DNA of 64,000 bases. Source: Nitrosarchaeum sp. GTDB lineage: Archaea > Thermoproteota > Nitrososphaeria > Nitrososphaerales > Nitrosopumilaceae. The notes under the pieces were generated by a model that did no database searches, had not been told where the DNA came from, and was given only the letters and a program-made list of their open reading frames with translations. The stretch is taken from positions 1,888,001-1,952,000 of the forward strand of contig OZ245020.1 in assembly GCA_965223865.1 (NCBI GenBank), in the 5' to 3' direction. This document shows, one piece after another, positions 49,598-59,801 of the stretch; position 1 is the stretch's first letter, and each line of letters opens with the position of its first letter. A program made the translations under genes and the position numbers.

Positions 49598-50596
49598 TTA
49601 TTCTTTTTGAGTAGGTTTGGTTCTCCATTTTTTTGGATAGGTGTTTGGAGCCATAATGATTCGTTTTGTTTCAAAAGCATACCCCTTGGTTGCATCACAG
49701 ATTTCTTCTTCAGACATTATTGACTCTGCCAAAGCCACCGCCTCACTTTTCTGAGTGTAAATTCCAACAATGTCACCTTTTTTTAGATTAGGTGATATTT
49801 GCAAAATACCAGGAATGGCTAGTTGGGCACCATGGCATAAGGCATCAACTGCTGAATCACGAATTATTACAGATTTAATTTCACTGAGAGCAACCTCTAC
49901 GGGTTTTATCATTTGCTTTAATTTTGAGTCATCTTTTTTTTCCTCCCATATTGCAAAAGCATCTGCCAATTCGTGCAAGGTCACCAAACCATCAATTTCT
50001 CGAAATTGATCAACTCTGGTTCTTCTCAGTTCTATCATGGTACCACCTGGTCCCAATATCTCTCCAATATCATAGTATAATTTTCGAATATATGTTCCAG
50101 CCTCACACAATACACGCATCAACAGCAGTCTTTCTTTTTGTTCCAGGACTTCAAGCTCATAGATAGTTCTAGTTCTGGTTTTTCGTACAACTGCAGAACG
50201 TTGTGGGGGTTTTTGATAAATTTCTCCAATGAACATACCTATTACTTCAGCTAATTTTTCTTTGGAAGGAAGAGAGTGAATTCTTCCAAGGGCATGGTAC
50301 TCTTTTGGACCATATAATAAAACACCAAGTGCTTTTGTTGCCTCTCCTAAACCTAGTGGCAGCACTCCCGATACTTGAGGGTCAAGAGTTCCACTATGAC
50401 CAATTTTTGGAATTTTTAAAATTCTTTTTGTCCAGGCTACAGTTTCATGACTAGTTGGACCTGGTGGTTTATCCAAAAGTATGATTCCATAATTTAGTAA
50501 CTGCTCTATTGTTCTTTTATCATAATATGTCCCATAGGTATCATCTGTAATGTCTTGATCAATTACAATTAGATTCTCAAGTTGTTTTAGGGTCAT
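49598..50596 (-). CDS. cbf5: H/ACA pseudouridine synthase Cbf5
   Basis: DKPPGPTSH, GHSGTLDP, GTYIR, PUA domain. Confidence 0.95.
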   Translation of the reverse strand: MTLKQLENLIVIDQDITDDTYGTYYDKRTIEQLLNYGIILLDKPPGPTSHETVAWTKRILKIPKIGHSGTLDPQVSGVLPLGLGEATKALGVLLYGPKEYHALGRIHSLPSKEKLAEVIGMFIGEIYQKPPQRSAVVRKTRTRTIYELEVLEQKERLLLMRVLCEAGTYIRKLYYDIGEILGPGGTMIELRRTRVDQFREIDGLVTLHELADAFAIWEEKKDDSKLKQMIKPVEVALSEIKSVIIRDSAVDALCHGAQLAIPGILQISPNLKKGDIVGIYTQKSEAVALAESIMSEEEICDATKGYAFETKRIIMAPNTYPKKWRTKPTQKE

Positions 50597-51153
50597 AGGA
50601 GTTTTCTCACAGTTTCTTTTGCAACATCAATTACTTGCTTTGCAGTCAGATTGTTTGTATTAATTATCACATCAAATACTGATTTGTCATCCCCAAAATC
50701 AAAATCATACAAGTTTTTGTACAGTGCCTTATTTTTGTCAAATCTTTCTCTTGTTACCTCATATGCTTCATCCGAACTCATGTTATCTCTTGTTTGCATT
50801 CTTTTTGTGCTGTTAGCATGAGATCCCTCTAACCAGATCTTTATTCCATCATTAACTAACCAAGGTAAGGTATAACTGGTTATCACCATATTTCCTTGAT
50901 TGAAAAGAGTGGTTAGTTTTTCATCTAATTTTTTATCAAATTCATAATTTTCTTCACGTTGGGCAAGAAATTTCATCCCATCTTCAGTATCCCACCAATC
51001 ATCTCCCTCTGAATCAAATCCCTGTTCTTTTGCCATTTTTTTGAGCACATCTCCTCCACTAAGATATGTTAGATGAAATTCTTCAGCCAGACCTTTAGCG
51101 ACAGTAGTTTTTCCTACTGCAGGAGGGCCAGAAATTACAATTGACTTTGTCAA
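50593..51153 (-). CDS. cmk: Cytidylate kinase (archaeal)
   Basis: SGPPAVGKTT; operon context. Confidence 0.88.
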   Translation of the reverse strand: MTKSIVISGPPAVGKTTVAKGLAEEFHLTYLSGGDVLKKMAKEQGFDSEGDDWWDTEDGMKFLAQREENYEFDKKLDEKLTTLFNQGNMVITSYTLPWLVNDGIKIWLEGSHANSTKRMQTRDNMSSDEAYEVTRERFDKNKALYKNLYDFDFGDDKSVFDVIINTNNLTAKQVIDVAKETVRKLL

Positions 51154-51773
51154 CTGAGATCCATTGTTGTTTTGGTAAGTTTCATAACTATACCGCTAAA
51201 GGCGATTGATGAAAGAAAATACCAAGCCCAAAGGAACAATGCATTTTCTTGTGTACATACATGTTCAGGATCGGCTGCTTGTTCTGCAGTACAAGTTAGT
51301 TGGAAAAAGTCACCTGGAATGACGTTTAGCGGAATAGGTGAAATTGCAACAGTATATGTAAAGAGTGCTGGCAATACCAGATAAAATATCAAAATTAATG
51401 GAACAAAGGTAATCATCATAGGCCTCATGTTCATTTGCATCATTTCCATTGACATTTTGTTCATGTATGCCGATTTCTTGTTGAGTTCGCTGATCTTAGC
51501 TTGGTCTTTTGCTCTCATTGCAGACATTCTTTCTTTCTGAAATGATCTGGTCTCTTTCATTATTCGTTTTAGTTTTATCTGATCAACCATCTTTTTTCTT
51601 ACAGCAGAATTAAAAAAGTTCAACATTATGCCAAACCCTGCTACTGCAAACATAGATGCTATTAGTCCTTTTACCATTGGATCATCACTTCCCAATGCAC
51701 CCCTTTCTCCTCCAAAGAAATCAAATTGTAAGAAAAGTGAATCGAGGAATAAGAAGATAAAATTAAAGTCCAT
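51150..51773 (-). CDS. EMC3/TMCO1 family (DUF106) membrane insertase-like protein
   Basis: TM, coiled coil, Met-rich RPMMIT, WYFL; located after adk. Confidence 0.88.
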   Translation of the reverse strand: MDFNFIFLFLDSLFLQFDFFGGERGALGSDDPMVKGLIASMFAVAGFGIMLNFFNSAVRKKMVDQIKLKRIMKETRSFQKERMSAMRAKDQAKISELNKKSAYMNKMSMEMMQMNMRPMMITFVPLILIFYLVLPALFTYTVAISPIPLNVIPGDFFQLTCTAEQAADPEHVCTQENALFLWAWYFLSSIAFSGIVMKLTKTTMDLS

Positions 51774-51776
51774 TTT

Positions 51777-52364
51777 TTACAGCCCTATTGCTTTAATTAT
51801 TTTATCAGCTGCTTCATCAATCTTTCCCTCTCTATTAAGCACATTTTTTATCGGAGAACCCGAAATTACAGCGCATGCAGCAATAAATGCAGATTGAAAG
51901 CCAAGCTCCTTCTTTACATTTGTCAGGGTAATATTGTCACGATGTCTTGTAAGATCATTTATTCGTCGACTATACACTTCTTCAGGTTTTGCAGAAACAG
52001 ATACAAAGTTAGTGGGTTTTATAATCTTCAGTACATGCTCAGGTAACCCTGGATAATATCCTTCAGGAGAACTGATAAAGGCATGAGTGTCAATTATTAC
52101 CACTTCATCAGTAATACTAGCTAGTTTTTCTGCTGCAGTCTTTTGTAATCTTTGTTGTTCACTCACAGGTAATTTTCTTAGCTCATCTCTATCATGAATG
52201 CCATTTTCTTTTGCAACATCAAACATCAAGGTTCCAAAACTGAAAACACTTACAGTCTTTTTTCGTTCTTTTAGAATTTCCACAACGCGATTCAATAGAG
52301 AAGTTTTTCCCACTCCAGGAATTCCTACCATTACTACTTTCTTATTTTCTACCAAGTAAAGCAC
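51777..52364 (-). CDS. adkA: Adenylate kinase (archaeal)
   Basis: GIPGVGKT, RDELRKL, DTH, GYYPGLP. Confidence 0.93.
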   Translation of the reverse strand: MLYLVENKKVVMVGIPGVGKTSLLNRVVEILKERKKTVSVFSFGTLMFDVAKENGIHDRDELRKLPVSEQQRLQKTAAEKLASITDEVVIIDTHAFISSPEGYYPGLPEHVLKIIKPTNFVSVSAKPEEVYSRRINDLTRHRDNITLTNVKKELGFQSAFIAACAVISGSPIKNVLNREGKIDEAADKIIKAIGL

Positions 52365-53772
52365 CCAGCCGTGGCATTACAACTTCTACTTGTTCTCTTA
52401 CTAGTTGAGTGTAATAGTTAATTAGGATATCCACCATAAGTAAAACTCCAATTCCAGAACCAAATACTCCCAATACATCTGAAACTCCTGCCAAAGCACC
52501 TAAAATCATTGAGCCGATTATTGTAACAGATGGAATGTACTTGTTTAGGAGTGCTTCAACAGGTTTGTTTGATCTTCTAAATCCTGGGATTTGAACATCA
52601 GCATCAAGTAAGTTTTGAGCAGCACTCTTTGGAGACAGACCTCCCAATTCAACCCAAAGCTTACCAAAGACAACTACAATTCCAATCATAAACAAGACAT
52701 AGCCAACTGCTCGTCCTGGATCCAAAGCTGCTACATCAAGACCCCTTGGGGGAGTAATATAATAGATCAGCCCTCCGATAGGCGTAGATGGGCTGGTAGG
52801 GTCAAACTGACCAATAATATTCATAAAGGCATTATTATTTCGCGGGTTAAAGTTTGCCCAGAACATCTGACCAATAAAAACAGCATTTGCCGTAAGTGCA
52901 GATGCTAAGATAACAGGGATGTTTGAGACATACATCATTTTAATGGGATAAACTGCTGAAAAGCCTCTGTATTTTGTAGATACAATAGGAATTTCAATTT
53001 TCATTCCCTGAGTAAACACAAGAATAAGCAAAACTCCTGCAGTAAGGCAAAGTCCAAATATGCTCGGTAGTTGGTTTGAGCGGAAAAAGATATTTGATAC
53101 ATCACCACTCATTATAGATTGGCCTATATACGGAATAATACCGATTGTTCCTCCATCACCTGCCGGTAACGGGCTAAACAGACTCCAAAGAATTTGCTGC
53201 GCAACACCTGCCATAATGAATAAACTAATTCCACTTCCCAGGCCCCACCCTTTTTGGATTAGTTCGTCTAAGAACATGATAATTATGGACGCTGCCATCA
53301 ATTGTCCTATCATCACATACAAAACAGATGGTTCAGTAACTCCTGGACCATAAACTGCAATGGCATATACAATAGATTCGGCAACAATTACAACATATGT
53401 TACTAATTTTGTAGCTGTTTGAAAAATCCCTCTTTCCTCAGGTTTTTTGAAATCAAATCTCAAGATTTCAGAACCTCTCAATAATTGCATCAAGAGACCA
53501 GCAGTTACAATTGGACCAATTCCCAATTCAACCAAAGTCCCTTGTTGAGATGCAAAGATTACTCTTGCAAATTGTAGAAAGTCAAACTCTGGTGTAGTTG
53601 CTCCGAACAAAGGCGTTTGTCCCATCACCATGTAGATAAGTAACGCAACCCCACACCAAAGCAATCGGGTGGATAAAGGAATCTTCTTTTTCGGTTTGGG
53701 AACTTGAGGAATATAAGGTTCTGCCTTGAAAACGACTTTTCTAATAATGCTAGTTACAGTACCTTCAGCCAT
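52342..53772 (-). CDS. secY: Preprotein translocase SecY
   Basis: ELGIGPIVT, GWGLGSGISLFI, YVSNIPVIL, IPGFR. Confidence 0.96.
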   Translation of the reverse strand: MAEGTVTSIIRKVVFKAEPYIPQVPKPKKKIPLSTRLLWCGVALLIYMVMGQTPLFGATTPEFDFLQFARVIFASQQGTLVELGIGPIVTAGLLMQLLRGSEILRFDFKKPEERGIFQTATKLVTYVVIVAESIVYAIAVYGPGVTEPSVLYVMIGQLMAASIIIMFLDELIQKGWGLGSGISLFIMAGVAQQILWSLFSPLPAGDGGTIGIIPYIGQSIMSGDVSNIFFRSNQLPSIFGLCLTAGVLLILVFTQGMKIEIPIVSTKYRGFSAVYPIKMMYVSNIPVILASALTANAVFIGQMFWANFNPRNNNAFMNIIGQFDPTSPSTPIGGLIYYITPPRGLDVAALDPGRAVGYVLFMIGIVVVFGKLWVELGGLSPKSAAQNLLDADVQIPGFRRSNKPVEALLNKYIPSVTIIGSMILGALAGVSDVLGVFGSGIGVLLMVDILINYYTQLVREQVEVVMPRLGALLGRK

Positions 53773-54190
53773 TATCAGTTAACACCTCTCCACCTACAGC
53801 TTTGATCTTTTCTTGTGCTGTTGCGGTAAATTGGTTTACTTTGACAGTATATGCATTTGATGCCTTACCGCCACCTAGAAGCTTATCAAAACCTGCTGCT
53901 GCAAGATCAATGATTTTTTTGCCTCCTTCTTCTTTACCGAACTTTAAGAACAGATCATCAAGATCACGGACGCTAGTCCATTTCTTGGTAATGTTAGGGT
54001 GAGGTGGATGAGTAGAATCATGTCCAAAATGATTAGGGTCTTCTTTTAACAAAGTACTGTAGTGATGTTTCATCATACCTGCAACTCCAAGACCTCCTTT
54101 GTGACCACTTGCACGGTGCTGACCTACTTGGCCCCATCCCATATTTCGTCCACCTCTAAGTCTTCTTGTTTTCCTTAATCGTGTTGCCAT
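53765..54190 (-). CDS. rpl15: 50S ribosomal protein L15
   Basis: RKTRRLRG...GHKGG.G.AG; KLLG. Confidence 0.94.
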   Translation of the reverse strand: MATRLRKTRRLRGGRNMGWGQVGQHRASGHKGGLGVAGMMKHHYSTLLKEDPNHFGHDSTHPPHPNITKKWTSVRDLDDLFLKFGKEEGGKKIIDLAAAGFDKLLGGGKASNAYTVKVNQFTATAQEKIKAVGGEVLTDNG

Positions 54191-54191
54191 T

Positions 54192-54659
54192 TTACATCAT
54201 ATTCCTTACTAAAGTTTCAAGTTCTTTGTTTTCTCCAAGAACGCCTTTTTGTCCATATAGCCTCTTTGTACTACGCTTGAATCCATATCTTGGAGGAGCC
54301 AAAGCAAACCAAGGTTTTAGGGGTTTTAACTTAGATAGAGTTGCTTTACCTTCAGACAAAGCTGCTGCAAGTTCATCAGTGCTTGCAAAGCCTAGTTCCT
54401 TAAGATCATCACTAGTAATTTTTTTGTAACCAGACTTTCTGGCCTTTTTATCTAAAAGATCCTTTGCCAAACCTGCATCAAGTTCAATCCAGGAAATGTA
54501 ATGTTTTATCTTGTTTAGCATTCCCAGGGTGTTGTCTTTTGCAGGAAGGATTGTTGCCCGATATTTTTTTTCTAATTTGAGCAACTCCATTGTGGTTGTC
54601 GCCCAATGGGGAACATCTGCTTGACCTTTTATTCTAACAACAAGATATGCATTTGCCAT
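54192..54659 (-). CDS. rpl30: 50S ribosomal protein L30 (uL30)
   Basis: VVRIKG, GML, L.PPRYGF. Confidence 0.93.
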   Translation of the reverse strand: MANAYLVVRIKGQADVPHWATTTMELLKLEKKYRATILPAKDNTLGMLNKIKHYISWIELDAGLAKDLLDKKARKSGYKKITSDDLKELGFASTDELAAALSEGKATLSKLKPLKPWFALAPPRYGFKRSTKRLYGQKGVLGENKELETLVRNMM

Positions 54660-54665
54660 TTTCTA

Positions 54666-55316
54666 TCAACCTTGACTAAATGTTTGTCTAAGACAATCCA
54701 AAATTGCTTTTGATGTTGAGTTCATTGTAGGCGTAGAACCTTTTGCAGTTGTCCATGCATCTTTTAGTCCTGCCAATTCCAATAATCGTTTAATTTTACC
54801 ACCAGCAACCAAACCTAATCCACGAGGTGCAGGAATGATCTCAATTGTTACACTACCACCTTTTCCTTTAATCTTAAATGGAACAGAATGCTTTTGGTCA
54901 CATCTACATTCCCAGCTTCCACATCCTAACTTGATTGGATTTACATTAAGCATTGCTTGATTTGTAGCCTTTTCTATTGCGATTCTCATTTGTTTTGATT
55001 TTCCTTGGCCAATTCCCAAATAGCCATTTTCGTTTCCTGCAGCTACAATAGCTTTGAATCTAGTTGACTGTCCATTTGATGTCATTTTTTGAATTATACC
55101 TACATCCACAACTTCGCTTTTAAGATCTGGAAGTAGTTTTTTTATAATTCCTGCTTCTTGAATTCGAAGCCCATCTTGAATAATTTCTTCAATTGAAGTA
55201 ATTTCGCCTGAAGCTACCTTTTGTCCCAAAATTGTTTTTGGAATCCAAACCTCCTCTTCAGGTTCTCTTCTTGGTCTTCTTTGTCCACCGTTTCGACTTT
55301 GTGTTGTTTGACTCAT
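54666..55316 (-). CDS. rps5: 30S ribosomal protein S5
   Basis: WIPKT.LG, GCGSWEC, PAPRGLGLV. Confidence 0.95.
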   Translation of the reverse strand: MSQTTQSRNGGQRRPRREPEEEVWIPKTILGQKVASGEITSIEEIIQDGLRIQEAGIIKKLLPDLKSEVVDVGIIQKMTSNGQSTRFKAIVAAGNENGYLGIGQGKSKQMRIAIEKATNQAMLNVNPIKLGCGSWECRCDQKHSVPFKIKGKGGSVTIEIIPAPRGLGLVAGGKIKRLLELAGLKDAWTTAKGSTPTMNSTSKAILDCLRQTFSQG

Positions 55317-55318
55317 TT

Positions 55319-55801
55319 CTATTTGACCTCGCCATCAATTGAAGATTTTATTTGTGAAATATCATTTTTTATCGTAAGGTGTTCTCCATTAATTCGCTCA
55401 TCTGCTGGAAATGTCTCTGAATCTGCTGGAACTTGGAGACCAGCATCAATTACTCCTTTTAGTGCTGCTGCCATTCTCTCTGTGTATTTTCTAGTACCTG
55501 TGTACAAAATTGCATCTTTCGCGCCTTGTCCTAGTGCTTTTTTTCCTGCAAGATAGCCTGTAAGATACGCAGCTGGAACATTCTTTCTTGATCCCTTCCA
55601 ACCCTTGTCAAGTAAATATCGTGAATGTGCTGAAGCAATGACCTTATCGCCAGTCATGCCTGGTTTTAAAAGTTGGACTTGTGTATTTTCATTAGTAATA
55701 TTTACAGTGATAAAGTCACGCTTACCCATAAGCATCGTGGCTCTTTTTTTGTAATTGGTCTTTTCTTCTCTAAGTCTTCTCAATATTTTTGAATAGGCCA
55801 T
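55319..55801 (-). CDS. rpl18: 50S ribosomal protein L18
   Basis: RRLREEKTNYKKR, PAAYLTG. Confidence 0.94.
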   Translation of the reverse strand: MAYSKILRRLREEKTNYKKRATMLMGKRDFITVNITNENTQVQLLKPGMTGDKVIASAHSRYLLDKGWKGSRKNVPAAYLTGYLAGKKALGQGAKDAILYTGTRKYTERMAAALKGVIDAGLQVPADSETFPADERINGEHLTIKNDISQIKSSIDGEVK

Positions 55802-55837
55802 CTATAGAACACGAGTTTGAATCTGCTCTTATATACG

Positions 55838-56740
55838 TTAAGCGTGTATCAGAGAAACTAACAATGCTTTTTGAGTATGCAGTCGATTTTCTGCTTCGTC
55901 CCAAACAACAGATTGATGACCATCAATTACAGAAGCAGTAACCTCATCTCCTCTTTTAGCAGGAAGACAATGCATGAAAATAGAATTATTTTTTGCATTC
56001 TTCATTAGATCTGAATTTACTTGATATTTTGGAAGGAATTTTTTGGTTCGTTTTGGATCGCGATTATGAATTGACGTAAAAGTATCAGTAACTACAACGT
56101 CAGCATCAGAGATGGCCCTTACTGGATCTGTAGTAATTTCAATGTCAGTAGACTTTTTTGATTCAGCAACTACTTTGGAATCTGGTTCAAATCCTTTTGG
56201 TGTTGCAACTGACAATTTTGCTCCAGATAATGCACATCCATAAATCATAGAGTTGCATACATTATTGCCATCTCCAATCCAGGCAATCTTCAAACCCTTG
56301 AATTTTTTTTTCTTTTCTTTGATGGTCATAAAGTCAGCTAATATTTGACATGGGTGAAATGCATCAGATAGTCCATTTATCACAGGAACAGTTGAGTGTT
56401 CAGACAACTTTTCTAATAAATTATGTTCGTAAACTCTTGCCATAATACAGTCAGTATATCGTGAAAGAGTTTTTGCAGTATCTTCTACTGATTCACCTCT
56501 AGATAACTGCATATCATTAGAAGATAGATTAATTGCATGCCCTCCAAGTTGAAACATTCCAACTTCAAAACTTACTCTTGTTCGAGTAGAAGGTTTTTGA
56601 AAGATCATTGATAACGTCTTGTTTTTGAGTAGTGGTTTATTTCCTCCTTTTTTTAGTTTGATTGATAGATCAATCAATTGTGAAAATTCCTTTGGGGATA
56701 ATTCCTTCAAAGTGAGTAAATCTTTAGTTTTTAATTTCAT
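55838..56740 (-). CDS. argF: Ornithine carbamoyltransferase
   Basis: [25 protein letters not shown]. Confidence 0.95.
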   Translation of the reverse strand: MKLKTKDLLTLKELSPKEFSQLIDLSIKLKKGGNKPLLKNKTLSMIFQKPSTRTRVSFEVGMFQLGGHAINLSSNDMQLSRGESVEDTAKTLSRYTDCIMARVYEHNLLEKLSEHSTVPVINGLSDAFHPCQILADFMTIKEKKKKFKGLKIAWIGDGNNVCNSMIYGCALSGAKLSVATPKGFEPDSKVVAESKKSTDIEITTDPVRAISDADVVVTDTFTSIHNRDPKRTKKFLPKYQVNSDLMKNAKNNSIFMHCLPAKRGDEVTASVIDGHQSVVWDEAENRLHTQKALLVSLIHA

Positions 56741-58215
56741 TTCTTAAAGAATCCAAATAAGCCTCGTTTCTTCTTTTTAGGTTTTTCTTCTTTATCTTGT
56801 TTTTGTTCTTCGAATTCTAGTTCTTCATCGTCTCGGATCTTTTCAGGTTCTTTTTCTTGTTTATCTTCAACGTCTTCAATAATTTCTTCGTCAGGTTTTA
56901 TTTCAGATATAGATTCTCCAGGCTCAGGTCTCCCTTGTTTAATCCATTTTCGAATTTTGTTTCCTAGCTTTATTGCCTCTTCATCATTTTCTGGTGGAGG
57001 AATATCATAAAGGTCAGAATAATCCGCTATGTCTTCATCCTTTATTCCTTCAAACGGATCATCACTAGCTGAAATAATTTCTGGTTCTGGAGCTGGTTCA
57101 GGTTCTGGAATTGGTTCTGGAATTGGTTCTGGAGCTGGTTCTGGAGCTGGTTCTGGAGCTGGTTCTGGAGCTGGTTCTGGAATTGGTTCTGGAATTGGTT
57201 CAGGTTCTGGTTCTGGAGCTGGTTCAGGTTCTGGTTTTGGTTCTGGAGCTGGTTCAGGTTCAGGTTCTGGTTTTTGTGGTGAAGGAACAGGTTTCAGATC
57301 TACTTCTTGTAAGGAACCAAATACAGTTTCTAAGAAAGTTTCTTTATCAAATGGTTTTAGATCAGAATATTCTTGTCCAACTCCTACATAAAGAACAGGG
57401 GTTGAAGTGATTTTCACTATAGACAATGCAGCGCCTCCTCGTGCATCTGCATCAATTTTTGTTAAAATAGAACCATCAAATTTTACGTGTTCAAAAAATT
57501 CTCTAGCTTGATTTACAGTATCATTTCCAGCTAATGAATCTCCCACAAAAATTTTAAAATCAGGATTTACTACTTTGGTAATTTTTGCAATTTGTTCCAT
57601 CAGGTTTTTGCTTGTCTGCATTCTTCCAGCAGTATCAATTAAAACACAATCAGTCTTGTGAGATTTTGCATAAAGAACTGCATCTCTTGCTACGGCTGCA
57701 GGATCAGAATTATAATTTTGAGCAACTAGTTTTAGATTTAGTCGATTTGTATGTTCACGTAATTGTTCGATTGCACCTGCTCTAAAGGTATCAGCTGCTG
57801 CAACAACAACTGAGTATTTTGCTTGTGAAAGCATATGAGCTACCTTAGCAAGAGAAGTGGTTTTTCCTGTTCCATTAATTCCCACGAATAATATCAAAAA
57901 GGGTTGTCCTGCTTTCTTCTTTTCATTTATTCTTTCAAACAAATCAACTTTTCCAGCTTCATCAAATAATGAAGAAATACTTGAAATCAAACTATCTTTG
58001 ATAAATTTTTCAATTTCATTTTTTGCTACTTTAGAACCAATCAAACGTCCTTTCAAATCAGATTTTATTGCATCAATTACTTCTCCAGCAACATCAGATT
58101 CAAGTAAGGAGATTTCTAATTCAAATAGAATTTCTTCAATGTCTTTTTCATCAAGCTCTTTTTCTCCTAAGCTTTTGGCTGCACTAGAAAATGCCTTACG
58201 GAGTTTATCAAACAT
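56737..58215 (-). CDS. ftsY: SRP receptor FtsY with C-terminal Pro/Glu-rich extension
   Basis: [29 protein letters not shown]. Confidence 0.95.
   Translation of the reverse strand: MFDKLRKAFSSAAKSLGEKELDEKDIEEILFELEISLLESDVAGEVIDAIKSDLKGRLIGSKVAKNEIEKFIKDSLISSISSLFDEAGKVDLFERINEKKKAGQPFLILFVGINGTGKTTSLAKVAHMLSQAKYSVVVAAADTFRAGAIEQLREHTNRLNLKLVAQNYNSDPAAVARDAVLYAKSHKTDCVLIDTAGRMQTSKNLMEQIAKITKVVNPDFKIFVGDSLAGNDTVNQAREFFEHVKFDGSILTKIDADARGGAALSIVKITSTPVLYVGVGQEYSDLKPFDKETFLETVFGSLQEVDLKPVPSPQKPEPEPEPAPEPKPEPEPAPEPEPEPIPEPIPEPAPEPAPEPAPEPAPEPIPEPIPEPEPAPEPEIISASDDPFEGIKDEDIADYSDLYDIPPPENDEEAIKLGNKIRKWIKQGRPEPGESISEIKPDEEIIEDVEDKQEKEPEKIRDDEELEFEEQKQDKEEKPKKKKRGLFGFFKK
57079..57270 (-). repeat. 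Coding tandem repeat (6/12-bp units; [12 protein letters not shown]) within ftsY
   Basis: Runs of TGGTTCTGGAGC / TGGTTCTGGAAT on the + strand. Confidence 0.95.
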
Positions 58216-58219
58216 TGTG

Positions 58220-58642
58220 CTAACCCGAGGATTTTTGTGCTGCCATCATCAACTGATTCATTTGCTCTTTACCTTGCTCAAGTCTAGTTGATGCCTCTTG
58301 TTTTTTAGCTGCAGTCTCTTGTAAGGCAACTTCAATTTCTTTAATTCTTGCCTCAAGATAATTAATGGCAGTATCAGGATCTTTTTCCATAGAAACGCCA
58401 GCTCCTATATTCAAAACAATTTTGTCATCAGATGAAATTTTTGTTTGTACATAAGTTCCCATGCCAATTGGCACCAAAGTTTCAAATGTTGGTTTTTGTT
58501 TTAAGGATTTTATTGATTCAATTGCAGCTGTTGCTTCTCTAAGAATATTAAGCAACGTCCCTTCCCTTTGAGATAAATCCCCAAGGTAGGTTTCAAGCAT
58601 TTGCATTTGTTGTAATAATTGCTGGGCTTGTTCTTGTCTCAT
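58220..58642 (-). CDS. pfdA: Prefoldin alpha subunit
   Basis: LVPIGMG, IGAG hairpins between coiled coils; upstream of ftsY. Confidence 0.92.
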   Translation of the reverse strand: MRQEQAQQLLQQMQMLETYLGDLSQREGTLLNILREATAAIESIKSLKQKPTFETLVPIGMGTYVQTKISSDDKIVLNIGAGVSMEKDPDTAINYLEARIKEIEVALQETAAKKQEASTRLEQGKEQMNQLMMAAQKSSG

Positions 58643-58697
58643 TTACAACAAACCTTCACCAGATGGTTATAAATTCATTCATAGAATTAACAGACTT

Positions 58698-59084
58698 GTG
58701 AGAAAATCAGGAAAAATTTTAAAGTCAAAATCAAAATGGATTAAGCCATATCCAGATCATCCGTCTGATGAATTAAAAATCAGATTGTTATTGAACGAAA
58801 AAATTAGAGGAGATAAAATTATTGGTTTAGAAGCAAAAATTGAACCAGGCAAGGTACATCAACTACACATTCATGAAAAAGAGCATGTCATTGTTTATTC
58901 AATTGAGGGAAGATGCAAGGTTACCATAGGCCAAAAAACTCAGATAGTTCTACCAAAGACAATGATTTTTCTTCCGCCAAAGGTCCCACATAGATTTGAG
59001 AATCACACAAAAAAGAAATGGGAAGGAATTGCATTTGCAGTAGGTTCAAAATCAAAAATCAAAAACATATGGATGGATGAATAA
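58698..59084 (+). CDS. Cupin domain protein
   Basis: HIH...E...G and P..VPH.F.N motifs. Confidence 0.85.
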   Translation: MRKSGKILKSKSKWIKPYPDHPSDELKIRLLLNEKIRGDKIIGLEAKIEPGKVHQLHIHEKEHVIVYSIEGRCKVTIGQKTQIVLPKTMIFLPPKVPHRFENHTKKKWEGIAFAVGSKSKIKNIWMDE

Positions 59085-59103
59085 AAAAATAAAGATTTGA
59101 ACT

Positions 59104-59724
59104 TTATTTTGCTTTGGAGAATCTATTTTCTACTTCGTCCCAATTAACTACATTCCACCATGCAGAAATATAGTCAGGTCTTTTGTTTTGATACTTGAGA
59201 TAGTAAGCATGTTCCCAAACATCACAGCCAAGTAATGGTACCAATCCTTCAGTTCTTGGACTAGTTTGATTTGGCATAGCTTTGTACTCAACCTTTCCTG
59301 AAGAAGGATTGTATACTAACCATCCCCAACCACTGCCTTGAATAACTGCAGATGTAGACGAGAATTTCTCCTTGAAGTCTGAAAAGCTTCCAAAGGACTC
59401 TTTGATTGCATCAGCAATAGATCCTCCTGGCTCTCCACCTCCATTTGGTTTCATGTTGTTCCAAAATAGCCTGTGGTTATCATAGCCACCACCATTGAAG
59501 TTTATCGCACCTCTTTTATCCTCTGGCACTTGATTGATATTAGATAGAATATCCAAGATATCTTTCTCTTGTATCTCAGCAGGACAACTTTCAAGAGCTG
59601 CATTGAGTTTGTCAGTGTATGTCTGATGATGTTTTGTATGATGAATCTCCATTGTTCTTGCGTCAATGTGAGGTTCTAATGCATCATAAGCATAGGGCAT
59701 TTCAGGAAGTGTGTATTTTTCCAT
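59104..59724 (-). CDS. sod: Fe/Mn superoxide dismutase
   Basis: HHTKHH, GSGWGW, DVWEHAYY. Confidence 0.96.
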   Translation of the reverse strand: MEKYTLPEMPYAYDALEPHIDARTMEIHHTKHHQTYTDKLNAALESCPAEIQEKDILDILSNINQVPEDKRGAINFNGGGYDNHRLFWNNMKPNGGGEPGGSIADAIKESFGSFSDFKEKFSSTSAVIQGSGWGWLVYNPSSGKVEYKAMPNQTSPRTEGLVPLLGCDVWEHAYYLKYQNKRPDYISAWWNVVNWDEVENRFSKAK

Positions 59725-59801
59725 TAGTCAGACTCGGTGTTTATTCCATTTATTGGTTTAGTAGACAATTGGTTTTTACTTACTGAAAACAGGATTAATT
59801 C

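Noticed and set aside
57029-57410. GS-repeat and VLEL-repeat ORFs on the + strand
   Set aside because: Antisense shadows of the ftsY PE repeat
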